A stretch of 64,000 nucleotides of DNA, taken from the IMG/VR virus record IMGVR_UViG_3300027826_000008. One strand, written 5' to 3'. Numbering within the stretch: position 1 is the stretch's first letter; every line of letters starts with the position of its first letter. The translations under genes were made by a program, and so were the position numbers. The stretch comes from an uncultured virus (IMG/VR IMGVR_UViG_3300027826_000008). Taxonomy: Duplodnaviria > Heunggongvirae > Uroviricota > Caudoviricetes. The notes under the pieces are model-generated. The model had not been told where the DNA came from. It worked only from the letters and a program-made list of their open reading frames with translations, and ran no database searches. Positions 49,760 through 59,850 of this stretch are shown piece after piece.

Positions 49760-52267
49760 TCATGCTGCGGGCGGCGGCACGGCTGGCGGACCATTCGGCG
49801 GCCCCGGTGGCGGAGGACCGCCCGGCCCTCCCGCTCCAGGCGGCTTGGCGGGTGCGCCTAAAGCTCCCTGCCAGCCCGGCGCTCCGACCGAGAGCAACTG
49901 CGGTCCCGCGGCCATCCCTGCCTGTTTCTGCTTCTGGTACACCACCGCGATCTTGAAATAGGCCTTCAGGTTCAGCATCGCTGGCGAACCTACGGGTAAC
50001 TTCTTGAAGTGCCGCACGGCGTAGCGTGTGATCGTGTCGATCGTCACTTCCATATCGTCGAATTCCGGATCCGGCTCGACGGTAGGCTTAAGCACGGGCT
50101 GCCCGGTTTGCGGATCCACCACGCCGGTCGGAATCGGCTCAGTCGCAATCAACTGCTCGATGTCAGCCAGCACCTTGTAGTGGAACGGCGTTTCCGGCAA
50201 CTCCATATCCGGAGGACCGAGGTAACGCATCGCCTGCCGGCGTGCCTCGAAGGTGTCGAGTACTTCCATGACCAACGGGTTCGGCTCTTTCCCGCTCGCC
50301 ATCATGAACAGCTGACGGTAAAGCTCGCGCTGTTGCTCGTATCCAATCGGGTAGTCCTGATTGGCTTCCGGTCGCGCGTCGGCTTTCCCGTCGAGGTCCG
50401 CCACGACGATCGGCTCCACTTCGAAATCATCGGAGTCGCTGCTGCGCGTGACGTGGTACTGATCTTCCGTCGCGTTCTCGGCAAAGCAATCGACGCTCAG
50501 CGTCGCGGCGCGTGCCCACTCGGCACGCACGAGGTTCCAGTAGAGCCACAGCACGCCCATGGCGGTCTTTAGCGCCTGTTCCTGGCCCTTTGCTGTGTCG
50601 ATGCCTTCCTGATGGCCGCCGTAGGTTTGCGGCACGATGCCGACGAGCAGTTGCACGTATTCGATCAGCAACTTGATCCACTCGAATACGCCGTTGTCCT
50701 GATGGAACTGCGGTTGGAAGAAGCCGTCCTGCAACGACTTCCCCATCTCGTGATTCACCGGAACGCCCAGCATGGTTCCGGAGGGGAGATACGCTCCGTT
50801 GAGCGCTTCCCCAAAGATCGTTTGGTTGTAGAGGACCGGAGGGCAGCCAAGGCGGTCGAAGTAATCGTCCGCGCCGTCGACGCGATCGTTAAGCCGGTCC
50901 TGAAAACCGAGCGCCAGGCGCACCGGAGCAACCGGATACGCGCCGGAGTTCTTCTTGCAACCGCACCATGACCAACGCTTGCGAAGGATGTCGTGCTGGA
51001 TGTCGATAAGCTTGTCCTGAAAGAACACGCCCACGCAGCCATCCTTCACGAGATCCTGCAACTGCTGCGCTTCGGTCTGCTTGTCCCATGCCGCGATCGC
51101 ATCGGCTGTAAACCACACGCGATGAAGCGTCGGCAGCTTTTGCAGCGTATTGGTCCAGCGCAAGCCTCCCGGCGTTGTCGCACGCATCCGAGAGAGGCGC
51201 GCCAGTTCGCTATCCGGCGAAGAGGCGTCAGACGAGGCGTTTTGCGCGAGGTCCCAATCTTCTGGATACATGCGCCGAAACGCGCCCTTGGTGATGTCCG
51301 TTTGATATTCCAGCAAGGGCGTGTTGGCGATCACGCCGCCGCCACTCGTCGTGGCGTGAGGCATAACTTGCACGCTCAGACTCGACAGCGCATCCCAGCG
51401 CACCTGACCGTTCGCTACTTCGCGCTGCCCCACCACGACCGGCATCTTCATCCGGGCGCCTGGGTAGAAATCTGCCGAAGTGAGCGGACGGCCACAGCCC
51501 GGGCAGGTTTGCAGCTGGTGCAGGTTCTGGAGATTGGCCGGAGCCTCGGTGCCACATTTCGAGCAAACGAAGCGATCGGGCGAGACTTTCTGAACCTGCC
51601 AGTCGAGAACGTCCTCGTAGTGCGTCCCCGTCAGCTGCGGGTCCATCGACCAACGGATGTAGCGGAAATAGCCGCCACAGAGGAACAGGTACTCGAGACA
51701 TTGCTCCAAGAAGTCTTTGTCCTGATTGTCGGACGAAATCTTCTTGTAAGCCCTGTCCCGGGCAACGGCTACGCGCGAGTCGAGGTCGCTATCTTCGACG
51801 CCGGGCCACCACTCCACGCCAGGGATTGCAGCGCCCAGCGTCGAGCACCATACGCGGCACAGCCAGTCGATGATGTTGACGTTCTTTTGCGGGGTGTAGT
51901 CCGCATTGCCCTGCTCCGTACCTTGCTGAAAGCCTTGCGCGCGAACGATGTCGTTGTAGCCGACATAGGAGGAGGTCAGCGGGTCCCAGCCGATGTGCTG
52001 GTTTCCGTTGCGATACTCCATCGCCCGCAGGTGCTCGCGCAGCACGTAACGCCGCTGCACGCCCCAATCCTCAATGTGCTGCTTCCAAACGCTCTTGAGG
52101 ATGCTCTCGAACTTTTCGACAAGCGCCTTATCGCTCGTTCCGAAGAACGCCGCCTTGCGATCGGACTGCTTCCCTTGGGCGGGCGTAGCGGGTGAACGTT
52201 CGGGCTTGCTCTGGTTCTGGAGCCCTTGCTGCTGCTGCTCCGGAAGCTGTAGGGCGGTCGCCGCCAT
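49760..52267 (-). CDS. Portal protein
   Basis: 835 aa; Y.NGNQH..W, NII, FQDRLND, TAKG.EQA..TAMG motifs; Pro-rich tail; upstream of scaffold and capsid. Confidence 0.82.
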   Translation of the reverse strand: MAATALQLPEQQQQGLQNQSKPERSPATPAQGKQSDRKAAFFGTSDKALVEKFESILKSVWKQHIEDWGVQRRYVLREHLRAMEYRNGNQHIGWDPLTSSYVGYNDIVRAQGFQQGTEQGNADYTPQKNVNIIDWLCRVWCSTLGAAIPGVEWWPGVEDSDLDSRVAVARDRAYKKISSDNQDKDFLEQCLEYLFLCGGYFRYIRWSMDPQLTGTHYEDVLDWQVQKVSPDRFVCSKCGTEAPANLQNLHQLQTCPGCGRPLTSADFYPGARMKMPVVVGQREVANGQVRWDALSSLSVQVMPHATTSGGGVIANTPLLEYQTDITKGAFRRMYPEDWDLAQNASSDASSPDSELARLSRMRATTPGGLRWTNTLQKLPTLHRVWFTADAIAAWDKQTEAQQLQDLVKDGCVGVFFQDKLIDIQHDILRKRWSWCGCKKNSGAYPVAPVRLALGFQDRLNDRVDGADDYFDRLGCPPVLYNQTIFGEALNGAYLPSGTMLGVPVNHEMGKSLQDGFFQPQFHQDNGVFEWIKLLIEYVQLLVGIVPQTYGGHQEGIDTAKGQEQALKTAMGVLWLYWNLVRAEWARAATLSVDCFAENATEDQYHVTRSSDSDDFEVEPIVVADLDGKADARPEANQDYPIGYEQQRELYRQLFMMASGKEPNPLVMEVLDTFEARRQAMRYLGPPDMELPETPFHYKVLADIEQLIATEPIPTGVVDPQTGQPVLKPTVEPDPEFDDMEVTIDTITRYAVRHFKKLPVGSPAMLNLKAYFKIAVVYQKQKQAGMAAGPQLLSVGAPGWQGALGAPAKPPGAGGPGGPPPPGPPNGPPAVPPPAA

Positions 52268-52276
52268 GTCGAAGGT

Positions 52277-52639
52277 CTAGTAGCCGCCCTTCCGTCCCAG
52301 CGCTTCCTTCATCGGCGCGTCATTCATCGAAGCCGCTGCGGCTTTCTTCGCCTTCTTGCCGCCGAAGCGCTTCAGGTTATCGTTGTGGTGCTCGCGCATC
52401 TTGGCTTCCGCGGAATCGTAGGTCTCGTGCGGAGTCTCGATGTCAGGGGGATACGGAGTGTAGCCCTTGCCATCGCTGGCACTGGCGTCGGGTTCGTGTT
52501 CCGCGCTCACGGTGTGGCCGGTGAGGTTGCCGTCCTCGTCGTACATATGCTTCATCGTGACGCGGCGCAAACGTCCACGCTTTACCTCTTTGCCCATGGT
52601 TCCTCCCACTGGATTGGCTGCTGTCGCTTGAACGTCCAT
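52277..52639 (-). CDS. Hypothetical protein
   Basis: TAAATG coupling to the upstream gene; directly upstream of portal. Confidence 0.65.
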   Translation of the reverse strand: MDVQATAANPVGGTMGKEVKRGRLRRVTMKHMYDEDGNLTGHTVSAEHEPDASASDGKGYTPYPPDIETPHETYDSAEAKMREHHNDNLKRFGGKKAKKAAAASMNDAPMKEALGRKGGY

Positions 52640-53026
52640 TTAGCTGGCCTGTGCCTCGTTCGCGGCGCTGTTGAGATCCGCGATCACTGCGGCTTGCTCG
52701 GGAGGCATCGGTCGAGGCCGCCCCTGCTTCGCCAAAAGTTCGGACTCCTGAGTCGCCTCGAAGTTCGCCAGCGTCTTGCGGATCGCCTGCGGAGAGGGCC
52801 GCGATGCTGGTGGCTTTGTCTCCGTCTTCGGCGCTTCCGGCGCCGGTTTCGGCTTGTAAACGTCAGGCAGTGAGCCCGGATCCACAATCACGCCACCAGT
52901 GCGCAGCAGCATCACGTTCCACAGCGTATCGATGCGGGCGTGCGCCCCTTGAAGCTCCGCCCGGAGCCGCTCAATTTCCTCGCGCTGATCTTCGAAGCGT
53001 CCGCGTGAAACCCAAGGCCATTTCAT
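52640..53026 (-). CDS. Hypothetical coiled-coil protein
   Basis: MKWPWVSRGRFED...EIERLRAEL. Confidence 0.65.
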   Translation of the reverse strand: MKWPWVSRGRFEDQREEIERLRAELQGAHARIDTLWNVMLLRTGGVIVDPGSLPDVYKPKPAPEAPKTETKPPASRPSPQAIRKTLANFEATQESELLAKQGRPRPMPPEQAAVIADLNSAANEAQAS

Positions 53027-53043
53027 GACTTAGTTCTCACAAG

Positions 53044-55044
53044 CTAGTTTGAGCAACGCACATTCATAACGATGGTTTGCCCGGCTGATGGCGTTCCGTT
53101 GAAAGTCAGGGGTACATTCGTGGTGGTCGGGGTGCCAACGACGAAATTCGAATATGTCGCCGTTCCTCCGGTCATAAAGGCACCACAGTTTGGAGCTACC
53201 CAGAAGGTGCTCGGAAAGGTCGGAGTGACAACTGGGTTCGAACCGCTCGGGGATGTTCCGACAGTCAGCGTGCACGTGAAGTTTGACGAATCGCCCGAGC
53301 AGGCCGTCGCGGCCGGACCCGTTCCCCATCCGGACGTGAAACCGATATTTCCGCTGGACTGAGCGGTCCCGGTGATGGAACAGGAATGCCCGAAAAGCAA
53401 ACCTGAGTTCGCCGTGTAGACCGTGGTGCCTGAAACGTCGTTGCCGCAGTCGTCGAAGAACGAGGAGCCGGAAGCGTTATAGAGGGTAAGTGATCCACGA
53501 ACTTTCGTGCCGCGAAGGTGAATCGTATTCCCTGAGTTGAAGGCCGCGATACCGGCATTGAAGCTTGACAAGCCGACAGTCGAGCCGGTGATATCGATCG
53601 ATCCCGTGCCCTGCACAGCTGAGCCAAGGGGTACGCAGCGGCCCACAAGAATCGATTCGCCCGAGCTACCGACGCTACCGTAGTTGCCGATCTGGGAGTT
53701 AGAGACGTAAACGATGGCTGGCGAAGTCGCGTTTTGCACGCACAAGTTCACGCCGTTGGTTGAAGGCGCGTTCCCAAGCGTCGAGCCGCTTAGTAGCACT
53801 ACGTTGGTCGAGCCCTGTCCCGCAATCCAGATGTTCGCGGACTTGTTATCCTGCGCCGTGATGCCTTTGAGCGTGGTAGCTCCGAGGCCCGCATTGCCCG
53901 TCTTTATTCCTACGTCGCCGCAATAGTCTTCGGTGATTTCGTTGGCGATGACCTGCCCGTCAAGTTCGACGCATGTGCCCAGACCGTTGAAAGCAGCGCC
54001 CGCGCCCCACGCGAGGAAGGTCATGTGATCCATGAAGGAGTTGTTGCCGGGGTTCATCTGGAAAAGCTCCTTGCCAGTGAAGCCCGTCAGCGTCGAGACG
54101 CCACCACCGAATATCGTGAAGTCGTGGAACCATCCGCCGTCAGATGCACCGCCGAAACACGCGGCCCCGCTTGCCCCGTTCACACAGTCGGTCGCGACCA
54201 TGCTCGGCATCACCATGATGTAAGTCGCTAGCATCCCGCCGCCGAAGTAGCCGAAGCCATTGCGGGCGCCACCCGTACCGGAGCACACCGACGTCTGATA
54301 GAAGTGCTTGTGCTTGACCAAGATCACCGCAGGCCCGTCGGCCTCCGGATTTGAGCTTGGTAACTGGCCCATCGTGCAGGCTGTAGTAACGAGCGTCTCA
54401 AAACTAGAGAGTGGCGTGTCTTCGTACTGACCCCAGCCGCAGAAGTGAATGGTCGATCCCGTCGTCGTCGTCGACACGGTGACGTTGGTCCCGCTGTTAA
54501 TGCTCGTGATGGTGCCTTCGGGAAGCTGAATATCTCCCGAGCCGCCGCCCAGCGTCGTCAGCCCAGTGCAGAAGATGGCCGCACCCACGGACGCATTGGT
54601 CGTGAAGTTCCCGTCAGTGCAGGTGATTGAAGATGAACTCGCGGCCGCTGAACAGTTGAACGAAAAGTGTCCCTCGCCCACCACGCCAGAATTGACCGCG
54701 CTGATCGGCTGCCCCGCCGAGAGAATCGATCCCCAGACGCTGTTCTGGCAGGTATAGATCACACCAGTCGAGCTAACCATCTGCGGCTGCGTCCCGGGCG
54801 TGCAGGATCCGCTCGGGGGCACAGTGACGACCGTCAGGCCACCGCCAGAGCAGTTGATCGTCAGCACACTGCTGACAACAGAGGCGGTGCAGCCCGACGC
54901 AAAGTTGATTGGAACGAAGCCCTTGCCGGTAAAAACGGGCGTTCCTGTGTTCTGGAACTGCAGGATGGTGGGCGCCGTCTTCTGTGCGGCCGCACCGATC
55001 GCAAGGCCGACGAGGACCGCGACTGCCATCAGAATCCGTCGCAT
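53044..55044 (-). CDS. Tailspike/beta-helix-like protein with Sec signal peptide
   Basis: MRRILMAVAVLVGLAIGAAAQ; G/S/T/N-rich beta-helix-like core; TAATG coupling. Confidence 0.7.
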   Translation of the reverse strand: MRRILMAVAVLVGLAIGAAAQKTAPTILQFQNTGTPVFTGKGFVPINFASGCTASVVSSVLTINCSGGGLTVVTVPPSGSCTPGTQPQMVSSTGVIYTCQNSVWGSILSAGQPISAVNSGVVGEGHFSFNCSAAASSSSITCTDGNFTTNASVGAAIFCTGLTTLGGGSGDIQLPEGTITSINSGTNVTVSTTTTGSTIHFCGWGQYEDTPLSSFETLVTTACTMGQLPSSNPEADGPAVILVKHKHFYQTSVCSGTGGARNGFGYFGGGMLATYIMVMPSMVATDCVNGASGAACFGGASDGGWFHDFTIFGGGVSTLTGFTGKELFQMNPGNNSFMDHMTFLAWGAGAAFNGLGTCVELDGQVIANEITEDYCGDVGIKTGNAGLGATTLKGITAQDNKSANIWIAGQGSTNVVLLSGSTLGNAPSTNGVNLCVQNATSPAIVYVSNSQIGNYGSVGSSGESILVGRCVPLGSAVQGTGSIDITGSTVGLSSFNAGIAAFNSGNTIHLRGTKVRGSLTLYNASGSSFFDDCGNDVSGTTVYTANSGLLFGHSCSITGTAQSSGNIGFTSGWGTGPAATACSGDSSNFTCTLTVGTSPSGSNPVVTPTFPSTFWVAPNCGAFMTGGTATYSNFVVGTPTTTNVPLTFNGTPSAGQTIVMNVRCSN

Positions 55045-55436
55045 TAGCGCTGCCTCCACTCGCGTACCCGGACGTTCGTCGCGGTTACGGTCGCTGAGAT
55101 CACCTTCACGAACGGAGTAGCAGGGCGCACGGTTTGATCGGCCATCGTCATCTGCGGCACGCCCATCGAGCGATTCTTTTGCACCGAGTCTCCGATAATG
55201 ATTGCGTCGCCGGGAACGAGCGGGTAGTTGTTCGCATAGTTCTCGTCGGCGCGTTGGTACACAATTCCCTGCGCGTTGAAGGCGCCCACGTAGGCAGCGG
55301 GCGGGCACTCTTCAATCTCGACATAGCCCGTGAAGATCGAAGCGGAGATCAGCACCTGGCCGCCGCCGCTACCGTTGACGGCGATGATGCGCTCCTTCGG
55401 ATCGGCCACATTGCTCACGCCTGCAGTGTTCGGCAT
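55044..55436 (-). CDS. Hypothetical beta-rich structural protein
   Basis: GGAGG SD; short beta-strand pattern. Confidence 0.65.
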   Translation of the reverse strand: MPNTAGVSNVADPKERIIAVNGSGGGQVLISASIFTGYVEIEECPPAAYVGAFNAQGIVYQRADENYANNYPLVPGDAIIIGDSVQKNRSMGVPQMTMADQTVRPATPFVKVISATVTATNVRVREWRQR

Positions 55437-55449
55437 CAAGAGCCTCCGT

Positions 55450-55650
55450 TTACTTCTGTCTTGCCAGCGCCCGCCGCGCGGCACGCTCGCCGCGTGATCC
55501 ACTGGCCGCATACTCTGTGTTGCCAGCGGCGGCCTTCTTCTTCTCGCTCTCCTCGATCGCGATAGCCTGCGCGCGACTCGTCACCTTCTGGCCAGAACCT
55601 GAGCGCAGGGTTCCGGCTGCAAACTTGGGCATTACTTCGTCGTAGGGCAT
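55450..55650 (-). CDS. DUF6496-like small basic protein
   Basis: VMPKFAAGTLRSGSGQKVTSRAQAIAI..SE. Confidence 0.7.
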   Translation of the reverse strand: MPYDEVMPKFAAGTLRSGSGQKVTSRAQAIAIEESEKKKAAAGNTEYAASGSRGERAARRALARQK

Positions 55651-55814
55651 TCGTCCCCTTTGACTTCCGAGAGCAGCACCTCGGTCGCAGTCAGCCGCTT
55701 GGCGGTAGGCTGTGCCAGGTAGTCAACCGCGCGCTTCATGGCCTGCTCCTCGTCCTTGGCATGGAGGAGCACCTTCCCCGCAGGCCACTCGACTTTGAAG
55801 AGACGGTCGGCCAT
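55632..55814 (-). CDS. Small hypothetical protein
   Basis: TAAATG coupling. Confidence 0.55.
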   Translation of the reverse strand: MADRLFKVEWPAGKVLLHAKDEEQAMKRAVDYLAQPTAKRLTATEVLLSEVKGDECPTTK

Positions 55815-56000
55815 TTACTTCCCTCGATTCGCTGCGAATCGCGCCTCTTTCCCGAGCGTCCCGGGCGCGTTGTACTCCTTACGCGCGTATTCCTGAGTGC
55901 TCATGCCGGCGTTCTGAGCCTTCTTGCCGAACAGTCCAACCGTGCCCTTGCGTTCCATCGCCTTGCGGGCCTTCTGCATCCACTTGTGTTCTTCGGCCAT
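55815..56000 (-). CDS. Small basic phage protein
   Basis: KWMQKA...GT.G.F..KA..AGMS..EYA...G.LGK.ARFA; GGAG SD. Confidence 0.65.
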   Translation of the reverse strand: MAEEHKWMQKARKAMERKGTVGLFGKKAQNAGMSTQEYARKEYNAPGTLGKEARFAANRGK

Positions 56001-56016
56001 TGGCTCTCTCCGGCGC

Positions 56017-56052
56017 AAAAATTTGAGGGGCGGAGCCGGAGCCCCGCCCTCA
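56017..56052 (-). terminator. Intrinsic terminator-like hairpin
   Basis: GAGGGCGGGGC-TCCG-GCTCCGCCCCTC followed by AAATTTTT. Confidence 0.55.
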
Positions 56053-56081
56053 CCCTTCCCCAAGGGACTGCACCAACGTCG

Positions 56082-56936
56082 TTAGAACGCTTCGAGCGTC
56101 GCGACAAGATTCGCCAGCGTGGTGGACGTCTGCGTCGCGATTGCGATCGAAACGATGTCGCCTGCCACGACCGCTACGGTGTGGGTTGTGTCCGAACACG
56201 ACGTTCCCGTACCAACCGTGCAGGTGATCGAAGTCGCGGAACCGTTTTTGTAGATGGTCGCAACTCCGTCAGAGCCGTTGACACCAACCGCGGTCGAGGT
56301 GATGGAAAGGCCCTTCAGTACACCGGCTCGCGGGATAGAGGTACCGCCAGCCGTGGAAGGAGCAAACACCGTGGAGCAAGCAAGCGCTAAGCCAGGATCC
56401 AAGCCGGTCAGTCCATCAGTGGCCGCGCTGCTGGCCGTGCCGATGCAGTGACCGGAGAGCAGGATCACACCGGTATCGAGCGGGTAGGAAGCGCCGTTAT
56501 CGTTTGCGGCTTCCGCCCTGCCCGCATCGCCCGAGATGATCTGCACACCAGAGCCATGCGTGTTCGAAAACGTTGCCGTGAACGAACAGGTGTACGGCAG
56601 GATCGCGGGCTCGGTCGAAGGCTGCGGCGACGAGACCGCGCTAGGCGTCAGCGTTTCGGTGTTCGCCCCGTCGACAACGGTAATGGGCACGTTGGTGGCA
56701 AGCGGGAAAACCTGCCGGTTGCCTCCGCCCTGCGGTCCCCCCACGTTCACGTAGCAGTTCACGAGGGTCACCGTGGCGGCGCCAGCCGTGCCGACCGGAG
56801 AACTGGTCGTCATCACCCAGTTTCCGTACAGGGACGACAGGTTGCTGAGAGCGTTGGTGGATTGAGCCAGCGCTGGGAGAGTACCAGCTACCAGCCCGCT
56901 GATTAGCACAACTGCCAGCGCAAGCTTTCGGATCAT
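56082..56936 (-). CDS. Secreted beta-rich (decoration/fibre-like) protein
   Basis: Signal peptide MIRKLALAVVLISGLVAGTLPALAQ; AAGGAG SD. Confidence 0.7.
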   Translation of the reverse strand: MIRKLALAVVLISGLVAGTLPALAQSTNALSNLSSLYGNWVMTTSSPVGTAGAATVTLVNCYVNVGGPQGGGNRQVFPLATNVPITVVDGANTETLTPSAVSSPQPSTEPAILPYTCSFTATFSNTHGSGVQIISGDAGRAEAANDNGASYPLDTGVILLSGHCIGTASSAATDGLTGLDPGLALACSTVFAPSTAGGTSIPRAGVLKGLSITSTAVGVNGSDGVATIYKNGSATSITCTVGTGTSCSDTTHTVAVVAGDIVSIAIATQTSTTLANLVATLEAF

Positions 56937-56980
56937 TTGGTTGAGTCTCCTTATTCGGTTAACTGCGACTTTCAAACTCG

Positions 56981-57457
56981 TTAGGCCGCGATGCCCGCGG
57001 CGTTCCATACGGCTTGAATCCCCGCACTTTCGTATAGATCGCGCGCCTCATCGTTTGGCGACACGGGAAAAACGCCCGTCAACTGCAGGTGTGGCGCATC
57101 CGGATGACTCCAGCAAGCGCCACAGGTGAACCCTGCGGCTTGCGCGAGGTCGACCATGGTCTTCCAAAGTGGGCTTGCCGGATCCCAATTCGGCTGACCG
57201 AGCAACGAGGCCGGCGCCGCATCAAGCGCCATACCGAACTCGTGCCAGGACTGGCCCGGCGCCGCATCGGTTACGACAGGACCCGGAGCCGTGCGGCCCT
57301 TCGCATAGAGCGCGGCTTGCGCTGCCCAGCTGCGAAGGCCCTGCACGACTTCGAGACTGTCCCCTGTAGCCTGCGCAAACGCCTCGGCAAGCGCGGTGAA
57401 CTTGCTGACGAGCACGGGATGCAGGGGAGCTAACAGCGTTGTGCTTCGAGTGTCCAC
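56981..57457 (-). CDS. M15-family (L-Ala-D-Glu type) peptidase, endolysin
   Basis: GLRS..AQ.ALYAKGRT.PG..VT.A..GQSWHEFG.A.D...D.PHLQ. Confidence 0.9.
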   Translation of the reverse strand: MDTRSTTLLAPLHPVLVSKFTALAEAFAQATGDSLEVVQGLRSWAAQAALYAKGRTAPGPVVTDAAPGQSWHEFGMALDAAPASLLGQPNWDPASPLWKTMVDLAQAAGFTCGACWSHPDAPHLQLTGVFPVSPNDEARDLYESAGIQAVWNAAGIAA

Positions 57458-57459
57458 GG

Positions 57460-58050
57460 CTATTGGAGCTTCCCGAAGCTGACAACACGGATAAAGGCGT
57501 TATGCAGGTGCACGTGATGCTTCTTGTCCATCACGGCATTGAAGCGCCGCACACAGTCGTTGGCGGTCCACGTCGAGGTTGTCGCAGAGCCGTGCAGTGC
57601 AGCCAGCGCCTTCGCCTGAGTCGGAGCAACCGCACAAGCGGCGATCGGCGCCTCCACCTCGTTGATGGCTTGCTGCGCAATCTGCATCGCAGCGTTGATC
57701 TGCGACTGAGTCGTCGGGTTGTTTACCTGGCCAAGCGCCTCGATGGCGGTCAGGTCACCGGCGAAGGTTTGGACAGCCACATTGAACTGTGCGCAGGTTC
57801 CGGTGACGTTCTGCGCGGCGGCAGCCTGCACCGATTTCGCGAGCGTGTTGACGGCCGCCTGATCCGCCTGGATCTTCGCAACCAACTGCGAATTAACCGG
57901 CGTGCCCTTGGCGATCGAGATCACATCCAGAATCTGAATCAGGATCGGGCCTGCGATTTGCAGGTAGCCCTCGAAGGTCGACAGCCAGGCAGTCGAGCAC
58001 CCGGCCAGCATCAGCGTGCCCACAAGGCACAGCGCAAGTGTTTTCTTCAT
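57460..58050 (-). CDS. Lipoprotein
   Basis: MKKTLALCLVGTLMLAGC lipobox; helical Ala/Gln-rich body. Confidence 0.75.
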   Translation of the reverse strand: MKKTLALCLVGTLMLAGCSTAWLSTFEGYLQIAGPILIQILDVISIAKGTPVNSQLVAKIQADQAAVNTLAKSVQAAAAQNVTGTCAQFNVAVQTFAGDLTAIEALGQVNNPTTQSQINAAMQIAQQAINEVEAPIAACAVAPTQAKALAALHGSATTSTWTANDCVRRFNAVMDKKHHVHLHNAFIRVVSFGKLQ

Positions 58051-58073
58051 CAAAGTTCTCCTTTGGGTTGGGG

Positions 58074-58640
58074 TTACTGCATTGCGTCGCGGACGTAGTG
58101 CTGCACGCAGTAGCTCGTCATTCCTCCGGTAAACGGAGCCCACAAATACTTGTGGGAGATAAAGCTGAAGCCCGCGATGGCCAGAACAACGGGCGCCTCT
58201 GAATGGAACTGCTCGCGTGCTCCGTGAGTCACCAGCACGTCGGTTGTCATTGCCGCCGCGCAACTACCCACAGGCACCAGAAAGGTCCAATCGGACAGAA
58301 CTTGCTTGTTCGTACGAAGTGGCGCGTCTTGCCACGATTTGCGATAGCTCAAGAACTTCGCACGCGGAGCCACCGCTTTAACCGGCTGCGGCTGCGGAGC
58401 GTCCGGCATGTCGCAGGCGCCGAGGCCAATCACCGAGATCGGCCCTTTGAACTTCGGATCCATGCACTCCGGAAGGAAGTCGCCCCACTTGTGCGAGATC
58501 CCATCGTTGCCGGTTGCCCAGTTGAAGACGTTCGGCGGCAGCGCGTCGTCGCACATGACCGAACGAGTGCACAGGCTGTTCTGCGCAAACATCGGCAGAC
58601 ACACCAGCGCGACAACTGCGAGAAGTCTCAAGAGTTTCAT
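58074..58640 (-). CDS. Secreted or membrane hypothetical protein
   Basis: Signal peptide MKLLRLLAVVALVCLPMFAQ; hydrophobic C-terminal part. Confidence 0.65.
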   Translation of the reverse strand: MKLLRLLAVVALVCLPMFAQNSLCTRSVMCDDALPPNVFNWATGNDGISHKWGDFLPECMDPKFKGPISVIGLGACDMPDAPQPQPVKAVAPRAKFLSYRKSWQDAPLRTNKQVLSDWTFLVPVGSCAAAMTTDVLVTHGAREQFHSEAPVVLAIAGFSFISHKYLWAPFTGGMTSYCVQHYVRDAMQ

Positions 58641-58664
58641 TTGCTTGGGTACTGAACGGTGCAA

Positions 58665-59084
58665 CTAATCGATCGACGCGGAGGGTGCTGAAGGAGGATT
58701 TGGCGGCACTGGTATCTGAGCGCTCACCTCGCCGGAGGGAACGCTCAATACACCTCCAGTTCCCACCGCGGTAACGGTGTAGAAGTAGGTTGATCCGATG
58801 GCCGTGGTTGCGTCGTAATAGGACGTGCCTGTATCCACGGTCGCATTCAGAGGTGTGGCGTAGCTCTCGCCGCCGCTGGTGGTTGAGCGATAGACGTTGT
58901 ATCCAGCAACGCCCGTCGAGGTGCTCGCCGTCCACGACAGGCAAACGTGCGGAGCGCCGGGAGTCGGGCTTGGGCAGGCGGTAGCCTTAAGTTTGCCAAT
59001 GCTCGGCTTCGGCGGCGCCGGCCTGCCACCTTGCGCGAAGGCGGTCGCTGACAACAGGATGACTGCAAATACAAGTCGCTTCAT
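58665..59084 (-). CDS. Secreted fibronectin type III domain protein
   Basis: MKRLVFAVILLSATAFAQ; LSWTAS...GYNVYRS...Y.D......YFYTVTAV...S.PS.EVSA. Confidence 0.85.
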   Translation of the reverse strand: MKRLVFAVILLSATAFAQGGRPAPPKPSIGKLKATACPSPTPGAPHVCLSWTASTSTGVAGYNVYRSTTSGGESYATPLNATVDTGTSYYDATTAIGSTYFYTVTAVGTGGVLSVPSGEVSAQIPVPPNPPSAPSASID

Positions 59085-59092
59085 GAGTCTCC

Positions 59093-59839
59093 CTAGATAG
59101 AAAGCGCCTTCAGGTCAGCCTGAAGGGTTGCGAGGTCGATGCCGCCAGGCGTACGTTGCGTGGCTTGGTCGATCCAATCCTCGGTGATGAGCACGTATTC
59201 CTCGTCGATGTAGGCAGACTCCCACGCCGACGAAGCCTTTTGGTCCCACTTCGCCCACGTCACGTAATCACCGCCCAAGGCGCCATAGCCGGGGTGAATC
59301 AGCGCGTGTCCGCTGATCACGGGACTATCCGGAACCACCTCGAAACTCTTGCCCGCGCGGAACTGATCCATGGCGCTTTGCGGCAGCTGCACGCCAACGT
59401 ACGTCGCTCCAAACAAATCGACGGATAGTTGCCGGTGCCAGGGGTCGGTGTGATCGATCTGCGCCCAGCCGAGAATCTTGTGGCCGAGGAAGCCGGTCTT
59501 TTGCATATACGCGAGCACATCGGTCATGGCCGCGCCCTGATCGGTGTTTGGATCGGACGGGTCATAGCCGGTAATTGCCGAGTACAGGCTCACAACTTCG
59601 TCCCGCGTCGGAATGACGATGGTCGAGGTGTGCACCGTCCAAAGAATCAACAGATTCGCGATGCCAGCGCACGTGCAATCGCCAATCTCATCGTTGCCGA
59701 ACATCTGCTTGGCAACGTCGGGCGTCTTGTACTCGCGATACACCTTGCGCGCTGGGTACGGCATCGGTTGCCCAGCGGTGTACTTCGCGAGCTTCAGCGT
59801 GTTGGGGTGAGCCTTGGGGCTCAGCTTGCCGGTTTTCAC
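59093..59839 (-). CDS. Papain-like cysteine peptidase
   Basis: MFGND..GDCTCA (Cys), D.GA, GHAL..GY (His), VTW; GTG start with GGAGG. Confidence 0.7.
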   Translation of the reverse strand: MKTGKLSPKAHPNTLKLAKYTAGQPMPYPARKVYREYKTPDVAKQMFGNDEIGDCTCAGIANLLILWTVHTSTIVIPTRDEVVSLYSAITGYDPSDPNTDQGAAMTDVLAYMQKTGFLGHKILGWAQIDHTDPWHRQLSVDLFGATYVGVQLPQSAMDQFRAGKSFEVVPDSPVISGHALIHPGYGALGGDYVTWAKWDQKASSAWESAYIDEEYVLITEDWIDQATQRTPGGIDLATLQADLKALSI

Positions 59840-59850
59840 GTGCGCCTCCG

